A DNA stretch of 64,000 bases. Origin: Candidatus Lustribacter sp. (GTDB lineage: Bacteria; Vulcanimicrobiota; Vulcanimicrobiia; Vulcanimicrobiales; Vulcanimicrobiaceae). Where the stretch lies: the NCBI GenBank assembly GCA_965277805.1, contig OZ255842.1, positions 672,001 to 736,000 on the forward strand. The letters run 5' to 3'. Made by a program: the position numbers and the translations under genes. The notes beneath the pieces are model-generated. The model saw only the letters and a list, made by a program, of their open reading frames with translations. It had not been told where the DNA came from and ran no database searches. Below are positions 47,792 through 56,846 of this stretch, one piece after another (within the stretch, counting starts at the first letter, position 1; every line of letters begins with the position of its first letter).

Positions 47792-48841
47792 ATGGATACT
47801 CACCGTCGCGACTTTCTCGCGCTGACTGCCGCCGGTGCGTTGGCTCTGCCGCTGCTCGCCAAACCCGCCCTGGCCGAAACGGCGCCCGGACTCTCGTACG
47901 ACTCGCGCCTGATGGGCACGCCGAAGTTCATCGATGTCGACGGCATCCGCACGCGCTACTATGATGCCGGACGTGGTCCGGCGCTCGTGCTCATCCACGG
48001 CGGCCAGTGGCCCGCGACCGCGTCGGCCGACGGCTTCGCCGCGATCTTTGATCATCTCGCCACGACCTATCACGTGTACGCCTTCGACAAGCTCGGCATG
48101 GGCTATACCGATCTGCCGAAGACGCTCGCGGGCTACTCGATGGACGCGATCATCGCCCACGCCTACGGGTTCATTCAAGCCGTCGGCCTCAAGCGTGCCA
48201 TCGTCGCCGGCCATTCGCGCGGTGCGTTGCCGGCTGCGCGCATCGCCGCCGACCATCCGGAACTCGTCTCGCACTTGATCATCTTCGACACCAACGCGCT
48301 CGCCGGCGATGACGCGACGCTCACAGCGCGGCCCGACCGTTCGCTCGAAACGCAGATTCCGACGCGCGAGCAGATTCGCGCCGCCGACATGGCGAGCATT
48401 CTTTCGGTCAATAAAGCGATCGTTACCGATGCGTGGGTCGATTCGGAATTCCGCATCGCGCACTTGGCGAAAACACAGGAAGCCGCGCGGCAATTCGCGG
48501 CCGCTAAGGCGCAGTGGATTCAGAATAACCCCGAGCGTGCGAAGGCCGAGCCGGGACTGCTCGGCGACGACGGACCGCTGGTCTGGTGGCTGGCCGATGC
48601 GAAACATGCCACGCTCGATTTGATCCGGGCCGGTCACTTGAAGATGCCGGTCGCGATCATCTGGGGCTGGAATGACAACTTCGCCCCGCTGCGCTTCGGC
48701 TTGAGTGCGATGGACACGATCGCGAAAGCTAACGACAACACCGAAATGCACATCGTCAATCACGCCTCGCACTTCGTCTTCGCCGAACAGCCCCTCGAAG
48801 TGACACGGCTGATCAACAGCTTCATCCGCGCCTACTCGTAG
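47792..48841 (+). CDS. Alpha/beta hydrolase (meta-cleavage-product hydrolase-like) with a Tat signal
   Basis: HRRDFLAL...ALA signal, LIHGG, DKLGMG, GHSRGA, WGWND and ASHF. Confidence 0.85.
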   Translation: MDTHRRDFLALTAAGALALPLLAKPALAETAPGLSYDSRLMGTPKFIDVDGIRTRYYDAGRGPALVLIHGGQWPATASADGFAAIFDHLATTYHVYAFDKLGMGYTDLPKTLAGYSMDAIIAHAYGFIQAVGLKRAIVAGHSRGALPAARIAADHPELVSHLIIFDTNALAGDDATLTARPDRSLETQIPTREQIRAADMASILSVNKAIVTDAWVDSEFRIAHLAKTQEAARQFAAAKAQWIQNNPERAKAEPGLLGDDGPLVWWLADAKHATLDLIRAGHLKMPVAIIWGWNDNFAPLRFGLSAMDTIAKANDNTEMHIVNHASHFVFAEQPLEVTRLINSFIRAYS

Positions 48842-48855
48842 TTACTTGATCGTCG

Positions 48856-50046
48856 TTACTTGACCGGGGCGCCGCCGAATTTGGAAATCGCCACCCAGGT
48901 GTCACGTCCGGCATCCCAGCGCACCATGATGCCGTTTTTCTCGGTCAGCCCGCGCTGGCTGCCGTCGCGGAAGTCGTATGTGCCGTTGGCTCCCGAAAAG
49001 CCGTGCAGGTCGGAGAGGTAGTCGCGCAATTGCGCCGGCGTGGCGGAGAGGCCGAGCTTCTTATACGCGCCGAGCAAAATGAGCGGCGGATCCCAGCCGA
49101 TGGCTTGCGCAACGTCGGCGTGAACGCCGACCGCTTTGAACGCGTCGACGAATTGCCGCACGGCGGTCGCCAAGTCGCCGGGTGGGATCGACTCGGGCGC
49201 GACGCACGGAAGGCCGGCCGACATAAATCCGGACGGCATGATGGCGGCGAACTGCTTCATCTCCGAGTAAATCAAATTCGAGGCCGACACACCGATCGGC
49301 AGATCCAGTCCGACGTCGGCGTAGCCGTGGAAGACCGTCCCGATCGGGCTGCCGGTGCCCCACGCGACGATCGCTTGAGCGCCGGACGCTTTGATGTGCG
49401 ATAACTGGGCCGTTACGGTCGGGTCGGAAACGGCATAATGTTCGCGATCGACGAGCGTCATATCTTTGAATTCCGGCCGGGCGAGGGCCGCGTCCAACCC
49501 CGTTTCGCCGTCTTGGCCGCTCGCATCCGTCGACGTGATCAGCGCGATTTTCTTCCAGCCGCGCTGTTGAAAATAGCGAATGTTGACGGCGATCAGGTCG
49601 CCGGTCGAGACGCCGTAAGTATAGCCGTACGAACCCTTCGGCGGATGGAAGCCGGCCGACAGACAATAGAGCAACGGTCCATCGGCTTTGAGCAGCGCCT
49701 GGATCGCGTTGCAGCCGCCGGCCAATGACGGCCCGACGATCGATGAGACATGCTTGCTGATCAGCGCATTCGCGAGCTGGACGTCGACTTGCGGGCTCGA
49801 CTCATCATCGGCGACCACGAACTTGATCGGGCGGCCGCCGATGCCGCCGCTTTTGTTGACGCGATCTTCGACCAGCGCGATCGCGCTCTGCTCGGCCTTG
49901 CCGAGAAACGCTCCGGGCCCGGTGAGCGAGAGGATGACGTTGATCTCGAACGGGTCGGCCGCACCCGCGCGCGGCATGTTCGCAGCGAGCAGAACGGCGG
50001 CAGCGCATGCCGCTGCGGCAAAGCGGAGAATATGCGATCGGGTCAT
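48856..50046 (-). CDS. ABC substrate-binding protein, LivJ class
   Basis: AAGGAGG-ATG start, GPGAFLG, NKSGGIGGR and YDFRDGSQRGL. Confidence 0.88.
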   Translation of the reverse strand: MTRSHILRFAAAACAAAVLLAANMPRAGAADPFEINVILSLTGPGAFLGKAEQSAIALVEDRVNKSGGIGGRPIKFVVADDESSPQVDVQLANALISKHVSSIVGPSLAGGCNAIQALLKADGPLLYCLSAGFHPPKGSYGYTYGVSTGDLIAVNIRYFQQRGWKKIALITSTDASGQDGETGLDAALARPEFKDMTLVDREHYAVSDPTVTAQLSHIKASGAQAIVAWGTGSPIGTVFHGYADVGLDLPIGVSASNLIYSEMKQFAAIMPSGFMSAGLPCVAPESIPPGDLATAVRQFVDAFKAVGVHADVAQAIGWDPPLILLGAYKKLGLSATPAQLRDYLSDLHGFSGANGTYDFRDGSQRGLTEKNGIMVRWDAGRDTWVAISKFGGAPVK

Positions 50047-50055
50047 AGCCTCTCC

Positions 50056-50598
50056 TTAGGATTCGCTATCGAATCCGGCGCTGATGCGTAACAGTAACGA
50101 TGCAAGTTGCGCGCGCTCGTCCAGGCTCAAGACGCCCATGCCGATTTCCGTATCGTCGTAGCGCAGCGGAACGGCAGCCTCGACGCGCTTGCGGCCGCGG
50201 GCGGTGAGCCGCACGACCATGCTCCGCCGATCGTTGGGGTTGGGCGTCCGCTTGACCAAGCCGTCGCGTTCGAGACCATCGATCGTCGCCGACACCGATG
50301 CGTTCGTCGTATGGATCAAGTCGCTGATTTCGCTGGGGGTCAGCATCTGGGTAGGCGTCATGTAGAGCACGACGAGATGGTTGTATTTCGCCGCGTTGAG
50401 GCCGAGGGGCGCCAGCGCCGCGTTGGTGCGGTCGTTGATCCGCTGCGCCAGCGCCCGCAGCGCGAATAAGGCCACGACCGTATTGGGTTCGGAGTGATCC
50501 GGGAACCGCTCTTGCTGGCGTACCATCAGCTCGGGCGGCAGGCGCACGATGGCCTTGCGCTGCGAGCGCGGCCCGGCCGCTTCCGGCTTGACCGTCAC
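50056..50598 (-). CDS. MarR-family transcriptional regulator
   Basis: IDGLERDGLVKRTPNPNDRRSMVVRLTARG. Confidence 0.9.
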   Translation of the reverse strand: MTVKPEAAGPRSQRKAIVRLPPELMVRQQERFPDHSEPNTVVALFALRALAQRINDRTNAALAPLGLNAAKYNHLVVLYMTPTQMLTPSEISDLIHTTNASVSATIDGLERDGLVKRTPNPNDRRSMVVRLTARGRKRVEAAVPLRYDDTEIGMGVLSLDERAQLASLLLRISAGFDSES

Positions 50599-50630
50599 GG
50601 CGTTCCGGAGTATTGTGGCATCTAAACAAC

Positions 50631-51962
50631 ATGCTTACTGAAGAACAGAACGTCCTCCTCACGCGGGTCGGTCCCGGGACGCCGATGGGCGACCTCTTGC
50701 GGCGCTACTGGATGCCGGTTGCCGGCGTCAGCGAGTTTGAGAAGCTGACGATCAAACCGCTGCGGTTATTCGGCGAGGATCTCGTTCTCTATCGCGATAT
50801 GAGCGGCACGTTCGGCCTCGTCGACCGGCATTGTCCGCACCGGCGCGCCGACTTATCGTACGGCTTCGTCGAAGATTGCGGCATCCGGTGCAACTATCAC
50901 GGCTGGCGCTTCGATGAAGCCGGCAACTGCCTCGAGCAGCCGTTCGAAGACGTTGCGAATCCCGATGCGAACTTTAAAGCTAAGGTGCACGTTACGGCCT
51001 ATCCGGTCGAAACGAAGGGTGGTCTCGTGTGGGCGTACATGGGTCCGCAGCCGGCGCCGCTGCTGCCCGACTGGGAACCGTTCTCATGGCCGAACGGCTT
51101 CGTGCAGATCATCACCTCGGTGATTCCGTGCAATTGGCTGCAATGCCAAGAGAACTCGATCGACCCCGTTCACTTCGAGTGGATGCACCGCAACTGGTCG
51201 GTGCGGCTCAAGGGCGAGACCGGACCGTACGGCAAGAAGCACACGCGGATCGATTTCAAAGAGTTCGAGTACGGCTTCACCTATCACCGCCTGGTCGAAG
51301 ACATGCCCGAAGACCACGAGCGCTGGACGGTCGGGCGAATCGCGCTCTGGCCGAATTGTCTCGGACCGAATCAGCATTTCGAATGGCGCGTTCCGATCGA
51401 TGACGAGAACACGCTCTTCGTGCAATGGCACTTCACGCGCGTGCCGCGCGAACGCGAGCCCTACGTTCAGGAAAGTATTCCGACGTGGGAAGGGCCGGTA
51501 ACCGATCCGTTCACCGGGCGCTTTATCAGCAGCCACATCGCGAATCAGGATTTCATCGCATGGGCGGGTCAGGGCCGCATCACCGACCGCACGAAAGAGG
51601 CGCTCGGCATCAGCGACCGCGGCGTCATCTTGATGCGCAAGCAGTTCTTCGATGATCTCAAACGGATCGAACGCGGTGAGGATCCCAAGGGCATCATCCG
51701 CGATCCGAGCATCAACCACCGCATCGAGCTGCCGATCGTCAGCCGCGAACTGCTGACCGAAGGCGTGTCGCTCGCGGAGATGCTCGACGATCCTTCGCTC
51801 GATCCGCGCAACGGCTTTCCGAACCAGTACGGACAGCCTGAAGCAGTGCGCGTCGCGTTCCTGGAAGCGATGGGCCTCGATCCCAACGGCGAGATCGCCG
51901 ACGGTTCGGAGTTTCTCGCAACGGCGAGCGCCGCACCGAAAAAGCGGATGGTCTGGAGCTAG
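50631..51962 (+). CDS. Rieske oxygenase alpha subunit (phthalate/LigX-like) with a C-terminal extension
   Basis: LLTRVGPGTPMGDLLRRYWMP, CPHR...CNYHGW and ENSIDPVHFEWMH. Confidence 0.92.
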   Translation: MLTEEQNVLLTRVGPGTPMGDLLRRYWMPVAGVSEFEKLTIKPLRLFGEDLVLYRDMSGTFGLVDRHCPHRRADLSYGFVEDCGIRCNYHGWRFDEAGNCLEQPFEDVANPDANFKAKVHVTAYPVETKGGLVWAYMGPQPAPLLPDWEPFSWPNGFVQIITSVIPCNWLQCQENSIDPVHFEWMHRNWSVRLKGETGPYGKKHTRIDFKEFEYGFTYHRLVEDMPEDHERWTVGRIALWPNCLGPNQHFEWRVPIDDENTLFVQWHFTRVPREREPYVQESIPTWEGPVTDPFTGRFISSHIANQDFIAWAGQGRITDRTKEALGISDRGVILMRKQFFDDLKRIERGEDPKGIIRDPSINHRIELPIVSRELLTEGVSLAEMLDDPSLDPRNGFPNQYGQPEAVRVAFLEAMGLDPNGEIADGSEFLATASAAPKKRMVWS

Positions 51963-51964
51963 CC

Positions 51965-52708
51965 CTAGCGCATCCGCGTCGTGATCAGCTGGCCGGTCAT
52001 GAAGCGCGCTGCGGGACCGGCGAGGAAGAGGACTTCTTCGGCGATGTCCTCGGATTCGCTCAGCTTGCCGAGCGGGTCGTTTTTGATCCGCGATTCGCGC
52101 AGCGCGGGCGGCATCGAATTGCGCACGGCGGGCGTATCGGTCGTGCCGGGATTGAGGGCGTTGACCGTGATGCCGCGCGACCCGAGTTCGAGCGCCAGGG
52201 TCTTCGTATAAGCGATCACGCCGCCTTTGGAGGCAGCGTAGGCCGCGCGTGACTTGTCGCCCAGTAAGCCGCGATCGGAGGCGATGAGCACCATCGTGCC
52301 GGTGGCGCGCGGGATAATCGTGCGAGCGACGGCGCGCGTCACGAACATCGTGCCGTTGAGGTTCATGCCGATCACGGCATGCCAGGCATCGTCGGCGAGG
52401 TCGACGACGTCGGCGCGTCCGCCGGCGCCCCCCGCGCAGTGCACCAGGATGTCGATCGCGCGGAAGCGCGCGATCGTGCGGTCGACCATCTGCTGCGCGG
52501 CCGGCGCCGATGCAACGTCGACCTCCAACGCGACGGCTTCGTGTCCGGCGGCGACGATCTCGCCGGCCGCCTGTTCGGCGCCCGTGAGGTTCTTGTCGGC
52601 GAGTGCGACCGCCGCACCGCTTTGTGCGAGCCGGATCGCGCACGCGCGTCCGATGCCGCTGGCGGCGCCGGTAACGAGCGCGACGCGGCCGCGCAGGTCG
52701 ACCGTCAT
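51965..52708 (-). CDS. SDR oxidoreductase
   Basis: TGAASGIG, YAASK and PG. The start could be 52744. Confidence 0.9.
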   Translation of the reverse strand: MTVDLRGRVALVTGAASGIGRACAIRLAQSGAAVALADKNLTGAEQAAGEIVAAGHEAVALEVDVASAPAAQQMVDRTIARFRAIDILVHCAGGAGGRADVVDLADDAWHAVIGMNLNGTMFVTRAVARTIIPRATGTMVLIASDRGLLGDKSRAAYAASKGGVIAYTKTLALELGSRGITVNALNPGTTDTPAVRNSMPPALRESRIKNDPLGKLSESEDIAEEVLFLAGPAARFMTGQLITTRMR

Positions 52709-52794
52709 CGGCGCGCCGTTGGGCAGTGGGGTTCCGTCAGTCATGTGATATGGTCTCCAGGCAAACAAGCCGAGTGCGGCGCATCGAGTTACTT

Positions 52795-53229
52795 ATGCAA
52801 GCTTTGGCGTTTTCGCTCCCCGTCAATCCGCCCGGGACGACCGAGCCGCTGACCCGCCGAATGGTGTGGGCCGGGCTCGTCATGAAAGCGGAGAACGCGG
52901 TGCCGTTCGTTCCCGGCATGCAAGAGTGCGCGGTCGTGGAGCGCTTCGAGGGCGGCTTCATTCGCAACATCCTCATCAACGGCCGGCACTTGACCGAACG
53001 CATCACGCTGACGCCCGAAGCGCAAGTCCTGTTCGAACGCGCCGATGCGGCCGGCAAGCCTACCGGTGGCTGGATTGCCAACGTGCTGAGCGAGGGTGAG
53101 GATGGATTGCTCCTCACCTTCGTGCTCAACGTGCCGTCGGAACCGGGGCGAGATTTGAAACAGAGTTACACTGCCGCCATCGCCGCGACGCTCAAGGCGA
53201 CGCGCGAACTGGTTGCGGTGAAGAGCTAG
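52795..53229 (+). CDS. AtaL-like/DUF1857 SRPBCC-fold protein
   Basis: PVNPP...LTRRMVWAGLVMKAENAVPFVP. Confidence 0.7.
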   Translation: MQALAFSLPVNPPGTTEPLTRRMVWAGLVMKAENAVPFVPGMQECAVVERFEGGFIRNILINGRHLTERITLTPEAQVLFERADAAGKPTGGWIANVLSEGEDGLLLTFVLNVPSEPGRDLKQSYTAAIAATLKATRELVAVKS

Positions 53230-54167
53230 AAGTACATTTCCTTGGCCGGGAACGAGTTCGAGATCAGCTTGTATTTCGCCGCGGCATCGATGAACGGCTG
53301 AAGCAGCGCGGGGTCGGAGCTCGTGGCACCTTCGACGCGCGCGCTCTTTTGAAAGACCTCGAGCGGCACTTTGCTGAACTGCGACATCAGCACGGCCGTT
53401 TCGGCGTGATGCGTATTCGTATACTGTGCGGCCTGATAGGTGATCCGGGCAAAGTCGCGCATCGCCTGCGGGTGCGCCGCGGCCCAATCTTTGTTGGCGA
53501 AGTACACGCCGAAGACGAAGTGCGTCGAAATCGCGCTGTAGGGCTCGGTGATCGACTTCACGCCGCCGGCGGCAAGCGCGTTCTCCAGCTCCGGCGCTTG
53601 AACGGCGTCGGCATCGACTCGGTGGGCGATGAGAGCGGGGCCCGCGAGCGTGTTCGGAATCTCGATGAACTTGAGCGTCTTCGAGTCGCCGCCGGTTTTG
53701 TCGACCCAGGCGCTGACCACGAGCGTATTGAGATCGTTGAGCGCCGGAACGCCGATCGTTTTTCCGTTGAGCTCCGCGCCCGTCTTGACGTTTGAATCGG
53801 ACGGAACGAGCAGCTCGTTGAACGGAACGGCCGGGTTCCAAATGGCACCGTTCGCGGCCAGCACGAGCGGCAGGTTCTTCAAATGCGCGACGAACGACGC
53901 GACCGCGCTGCCCTTGCCCATCTCGTAGGCGCCGGTGACGGCGGCGGTCGTGGCCGCGGTTCCGCTCGAGGTCGGAATCACTTGCACGTCGAGTCCGGCC
54001 TTCTTATAAAGGGCGGCGTTCACCGCGTAGATCACGGGCGTCAGGTCGTCGGTCGGAACGCCGCCAAGGCGGATCGTGAGCAACGGCGCCTGCGCGCTCG
54101 AGGGCGGCACGGCAAGCGAAAGGAGCGCGAGCACCGCGAGTGCCGCAATGAGTCGAAGATTCCGCAT
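53226..54167 (-). CDS. ABC substrate-binding protein, NMT1/SsuA class
   Basis: Signal peptide, YKKAGLDV and LNGKTIGVPAL. Confidence 0.88.
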   Translation of the reverse strand: MRNLRLIAALAVLALLSLAVPPSSAQAPLLTIRLGGVPTDDLTPVIYAVNAALYKKAGLDVQVIPTSSGTAATTAAVTGAYEMGKGSAVASFVAHLKNLPLVLAANGAIWNPAVPFNELLVPSDSNVKTGAELNGKTIGVPALNDLNTLVVSAWVDKTGGDSKTLKFIEIPNTLAGPALIAHRVDADAVQAPELENALAAGGVKSITEPYSAISTHFVFGVYFANKDWAAAHPQAMRDFARITYQAAQYTNTHHAETAVLMSQFSKVPLEVFQKSARVEGATSSDPALLQPFIDAAAKYKLISNSFPAKEMYF

Positions 54168-54171
54168 CAAG

Positions 54172-54663
54172 TTAGGCTTTCCCGGACTGCGCCGTTTCGT
54201 AGACCTGTAATTGGGCATCGGTCATCCACTCTTTGTGCGCGTCGACGTTGACGCGTTCCGGCGTGCCGCCCGAACTGTCGAACGAGACACACTGCAAGAG
54301 CTCGAGATCGACCGGTCCCGATTTCTCGAACCAGTAACGCGCGCCGCCCGGAATGGCGATCATCTCTTCGGGCCCGAGTTCCGCGATCAGCACGTCGCCC
54401 GGACCGTAGAACTTGACCCGCCCGCGCAACACGAACCACGTCGTGTCCGAGTTGTTGTGATAGTGGAGGTTGTTCTCGCCGCCCTCGTGGACGATTTGCA
54501 TCGCCAACCGTCCGAGACGCGTTTTCGTGAGCGGGATGATGTCTTTCGGCTTGCCGGAGAGCTCCGAGCGCTCGTACTTGACGATCTTGACCTTCGACTC
54601 GCACTCGCGGTGAAACGCCTCTTTTTCTTCGGGGCTCATCTTGGCTAGGGTCTCAGCTCTCAC
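54172..54663 (-). CDS. Cupin-domain protein
   Basis: GGENNLHYHNNSD, WFVLRGRVKFYG and IPGGARYWF. Confidence 0.8.
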   Translation of the reverse strand: MRAETLAKMSPEEKEAFHRECESKVKIVKYERSELSGKPKDIIPLTKTRLGRLAMQIVHEGGENNLHYHNNSDTTWFVLRGRVKFYGPGDVLIAELGPEEMIAIPGGARYWFEKSGPVDLELLQCVSFDSSGGTPERVNVDAHKEWMTDAQLQVYETAQSGKA

Positions 54664-55822
54664 GTTCGGATCCTTTCGGGGCCCGCAGGCCGGCTTTCTC
54701 TAATCGCGGGATGATCTCGGCACGCAGGTACGGCAGTTCATCGAGGTAGTTCACGATGGTCATCCCGATTCCATCGAGGCCGACGTCGCTCAGGGTTTGG
54801 AAGAGGCCGGCGACGGTGTCGGGGTCGCCGATGAAGGGGAATTGCCGGATCGCGCGCTGGCGATGGGCGAGGTAGGTGGGCGAAGTCAGATCGCGCGCGA
54901 TGCCCTGCTGCAGCAGTTGCGCGTCGACCGCATCCCAATCGGCGTGTTCGTCGAGAACGTAACGGTAGTACTCGATCGCTTCCTTTTGCGTCGGCCGGCA
55001 GATGACGTTGACGTTCGTGTACACGCCCATCGTGCGCCCGACGGCAGCCGCGCGTCCGCGCAAGCTGTCGACGATCTTCTTGACGCCGGCGACGTCGGGC
55101 GTGACGACCCCGCTCTTCTCGTCGAACTCCGATGCGCGCACGGCCGTGAAGAACGCGTCGCAATTGCGCACGCCGAAATCCTGACCGATCTCGGAGAGGC
55201 CGGCGTTGAGCAAGAGCGGTTGGGTTCCGCCGTACGGCTTCGGCTTGGAGAGCACGTCGGTGAGTTGGAAGTACGTGCCGTTGAAGTCGAAGTTCTCGGG
55301 CTCCGTCCACAAGCGCCGGACGATGTCGAGCCACTCCTGGCCGTGGGCGTAACGTTCGTCGTGCTCGAGCAGCGAAACGCCGAACATGCCGAACTCTTCG
55401 TCTTTGTTGCCCACGACGAGGTTGAGCCCGAAGCGTCCGTGCCCGGCGTGATCCGCCGTTACCATTTGCTTCGCCGCGACGACCGGGTGAAAGATCGGCG
55501 TGTGCACCGTTCCGAAAATCGTGATACGTTTCGTCAGGGCCAAAAGCGCAGCCGCCCACGTGAGCGTTTCGAAACTCGATTCCTGATAGTGCGTGGCGCC
55601 GCCCCACCCGCGCCAGCGGCCGAGGGGCAGAAAGAATTCCAGGCCGTAGTCATCGGCCATTTGCGCGAGCCGGACGTTATCGTCCCACGAGCCGCTCCAG
55701 CGTTCGGGAACCAGCGTCGCGTTTTTCCCGGAATTGAGGTTGCAGCCGAAAATTCCAAGCTTGAGCTTGTTGGTGCTTCCCATCGCCGACCGGTTCACCA
55801 CCGGAATCATTTGCTCGAGCAT
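54653..55822 (-). CDS. LLM flavin-dependent monooxygenase (RutA/SfnG-like subgroup)
   Basis: NKLKLGIF, RWRGWGG, HPVVAAKQ, GRFGLN, PKP and NAG. Start uncertain (55783-55822). Confidence 0.88.
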   Translation of the reverse strand: MLEQMIPVVNRSAMGSTNKLKLGIFGCNLNSGKNATLVPERWSGSWDDNVRLAQMADDYGLEFFLPLGRWRGWGGATHYQESSFETLTWAAALLALTKRITIFGTVHTPIFHPVVAAKQMVTADHAGHGRFGLNLVVGNKDEEFGMFGVSLLEHDERYAHGQEWLDIVRRLWTEPENFDFNGTYFQLTDVLSKPKPYGGTQPLLLNAGLSEIGQDFGVRNCDAFFTAVRASEFDEKSGVVTPDVAGVKKIVDSLRGRAAAVGRTMGVYTNVNVICRPTQKEAIEYYRYVLDEHADWDAVDAQLLQQGIARDLTSPTYLAHRQRAIRQFPFIGDPDTVAGLFQTLSDVGLDGIGMTIVNYLDELPYLRAEIIPRLEKAGLRAPKGSERES

Positions 55823-55833
55823 GCGCTGGCGAA

Positions 55834-55862
55834 AGGCGTTCGGCTGCTGCGCCCGTATCCCC
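55834..55862. promoter_or_regulatory. Overlapping divergent RGG-N18-GWA promoter-like motifs
   Basis: Plus strand AGG(55834)-N18-GTAT and minus strand GGG(55862)-N18-GAAC. Confidence 0.4.
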
Positions 55863-55879
55863 CGGCGGGGGGACGCAAA

Positions 55880-56836
55880 ATGACATTTCGCCGGTATTCG
55901 ACCGCCGCATTGGGTGCTGTGCTCGTTGCTCTGTGGGGCTGCCCGCTTGCGATCGACGCGCAACAGGCTCCAACCGCGCCGCTGATCCATATCGCGGCAT
56001 CGGCTGCTGAAACGTACGCGCAGGCGTTCTTTGCGCAAGACATCGGCCTCTACCAAAAAGCGGGGCTGAACGTCGAGGTCGACACGCTCGGCACCGGCGC
56101 AGCCGTGTCCTCGGCGGTCGCCGGCGGCGGCGTCGAGATCGGCGTTGCGACGATGCTCAATCTGGCGAACGCGATCGCGCGTAACGTGCCGTTCGTCGTC
56201 ATCGCGCCGGCCGCGTTGGAAACCACCAAGCAGCCGACCGGTTTGCTCTGCGTTGCCAAAACGTCGGCCTACAAGACGGCCAAGGACTTCGACGGACAAA
56301 CGATCGCCATTCCGGCGCTGAAGCAAACCGTCGATCTCGCCGTGCGTGAGTGGCTGCAGCAGGGCGGCGAAGATCCGACGCGCGTCCACATCATCGAGGC
56401 GCCGTTCTCCGAAATGGGTCCGGCGGTCGAACGCGGCACGTACGCTGCGGCGGCGATCTCCGAACCCTCGCTCTCACAAGCGCAACGTGCCGGCGGCATC
56501 CGCTGCATCGGCGATCCGTACTCCGCCATCGCACCGACGTACATGCTCGGCGCGTGGTTTACGACGAAAGACTACGCGGCGAAGAATCCGGACGTCGTGC
56601 GCAAAGTCGCGGCGGCGCTCACGGAAGCGGGGAAGTGGGCGAACGCGCATCACTTCGAATCGGCGGCGATCGTCTCGAAAGTCAACAAGGTCGACGTCGA
56701 AACCATTCGCAACGAAGTGCGGCCGCGGTACGCCGAAGAGCTGAAGCTGAGCGACATCCAGCCGCAACTCGATGCCGGATTCAAGTTCGGCTTCTTGACC
56801 CGCCAGATGAACGCGGCGGAGCTGCTCGCGAAGTGA
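55880..56836 (+). CDS. ABC substrate-binding protein, NMT1/SsuA class
   Basis: Signal peptide, GLYQKAGLNV and AAKNPDVV. Confidence 0.88.
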   Translation: MTFRRYSTAALGAVLVALWGCPLAIDAQQAPTAPLIHIAASAAETYAQAFFAQDIGLYQKAGLNVEVDTLGTGAAVSSAVAGGGVEIGVATMLNLANAIARNVPFVVIAPAALETTKQPTGLLCVAKTSAYKTAKDFDGQTIAIPALKQTVDLAVREWLQQGGEDPTRVHIIEAPFSEMGPAVERGTYAAAAISEPSLSQAQRAGGIRCIGDPYSAIAPTYMLGAWFTTKDYAAKNPDVVRKVAAALTEAGKWANAHHFESAAIVSKVNKVDVETIRNEVRPRYAEELKLSDIQPQLDAGFKFGFLTRQMNAAELLAK

Positions 56837-56846
56837 ACCGCCGGGC

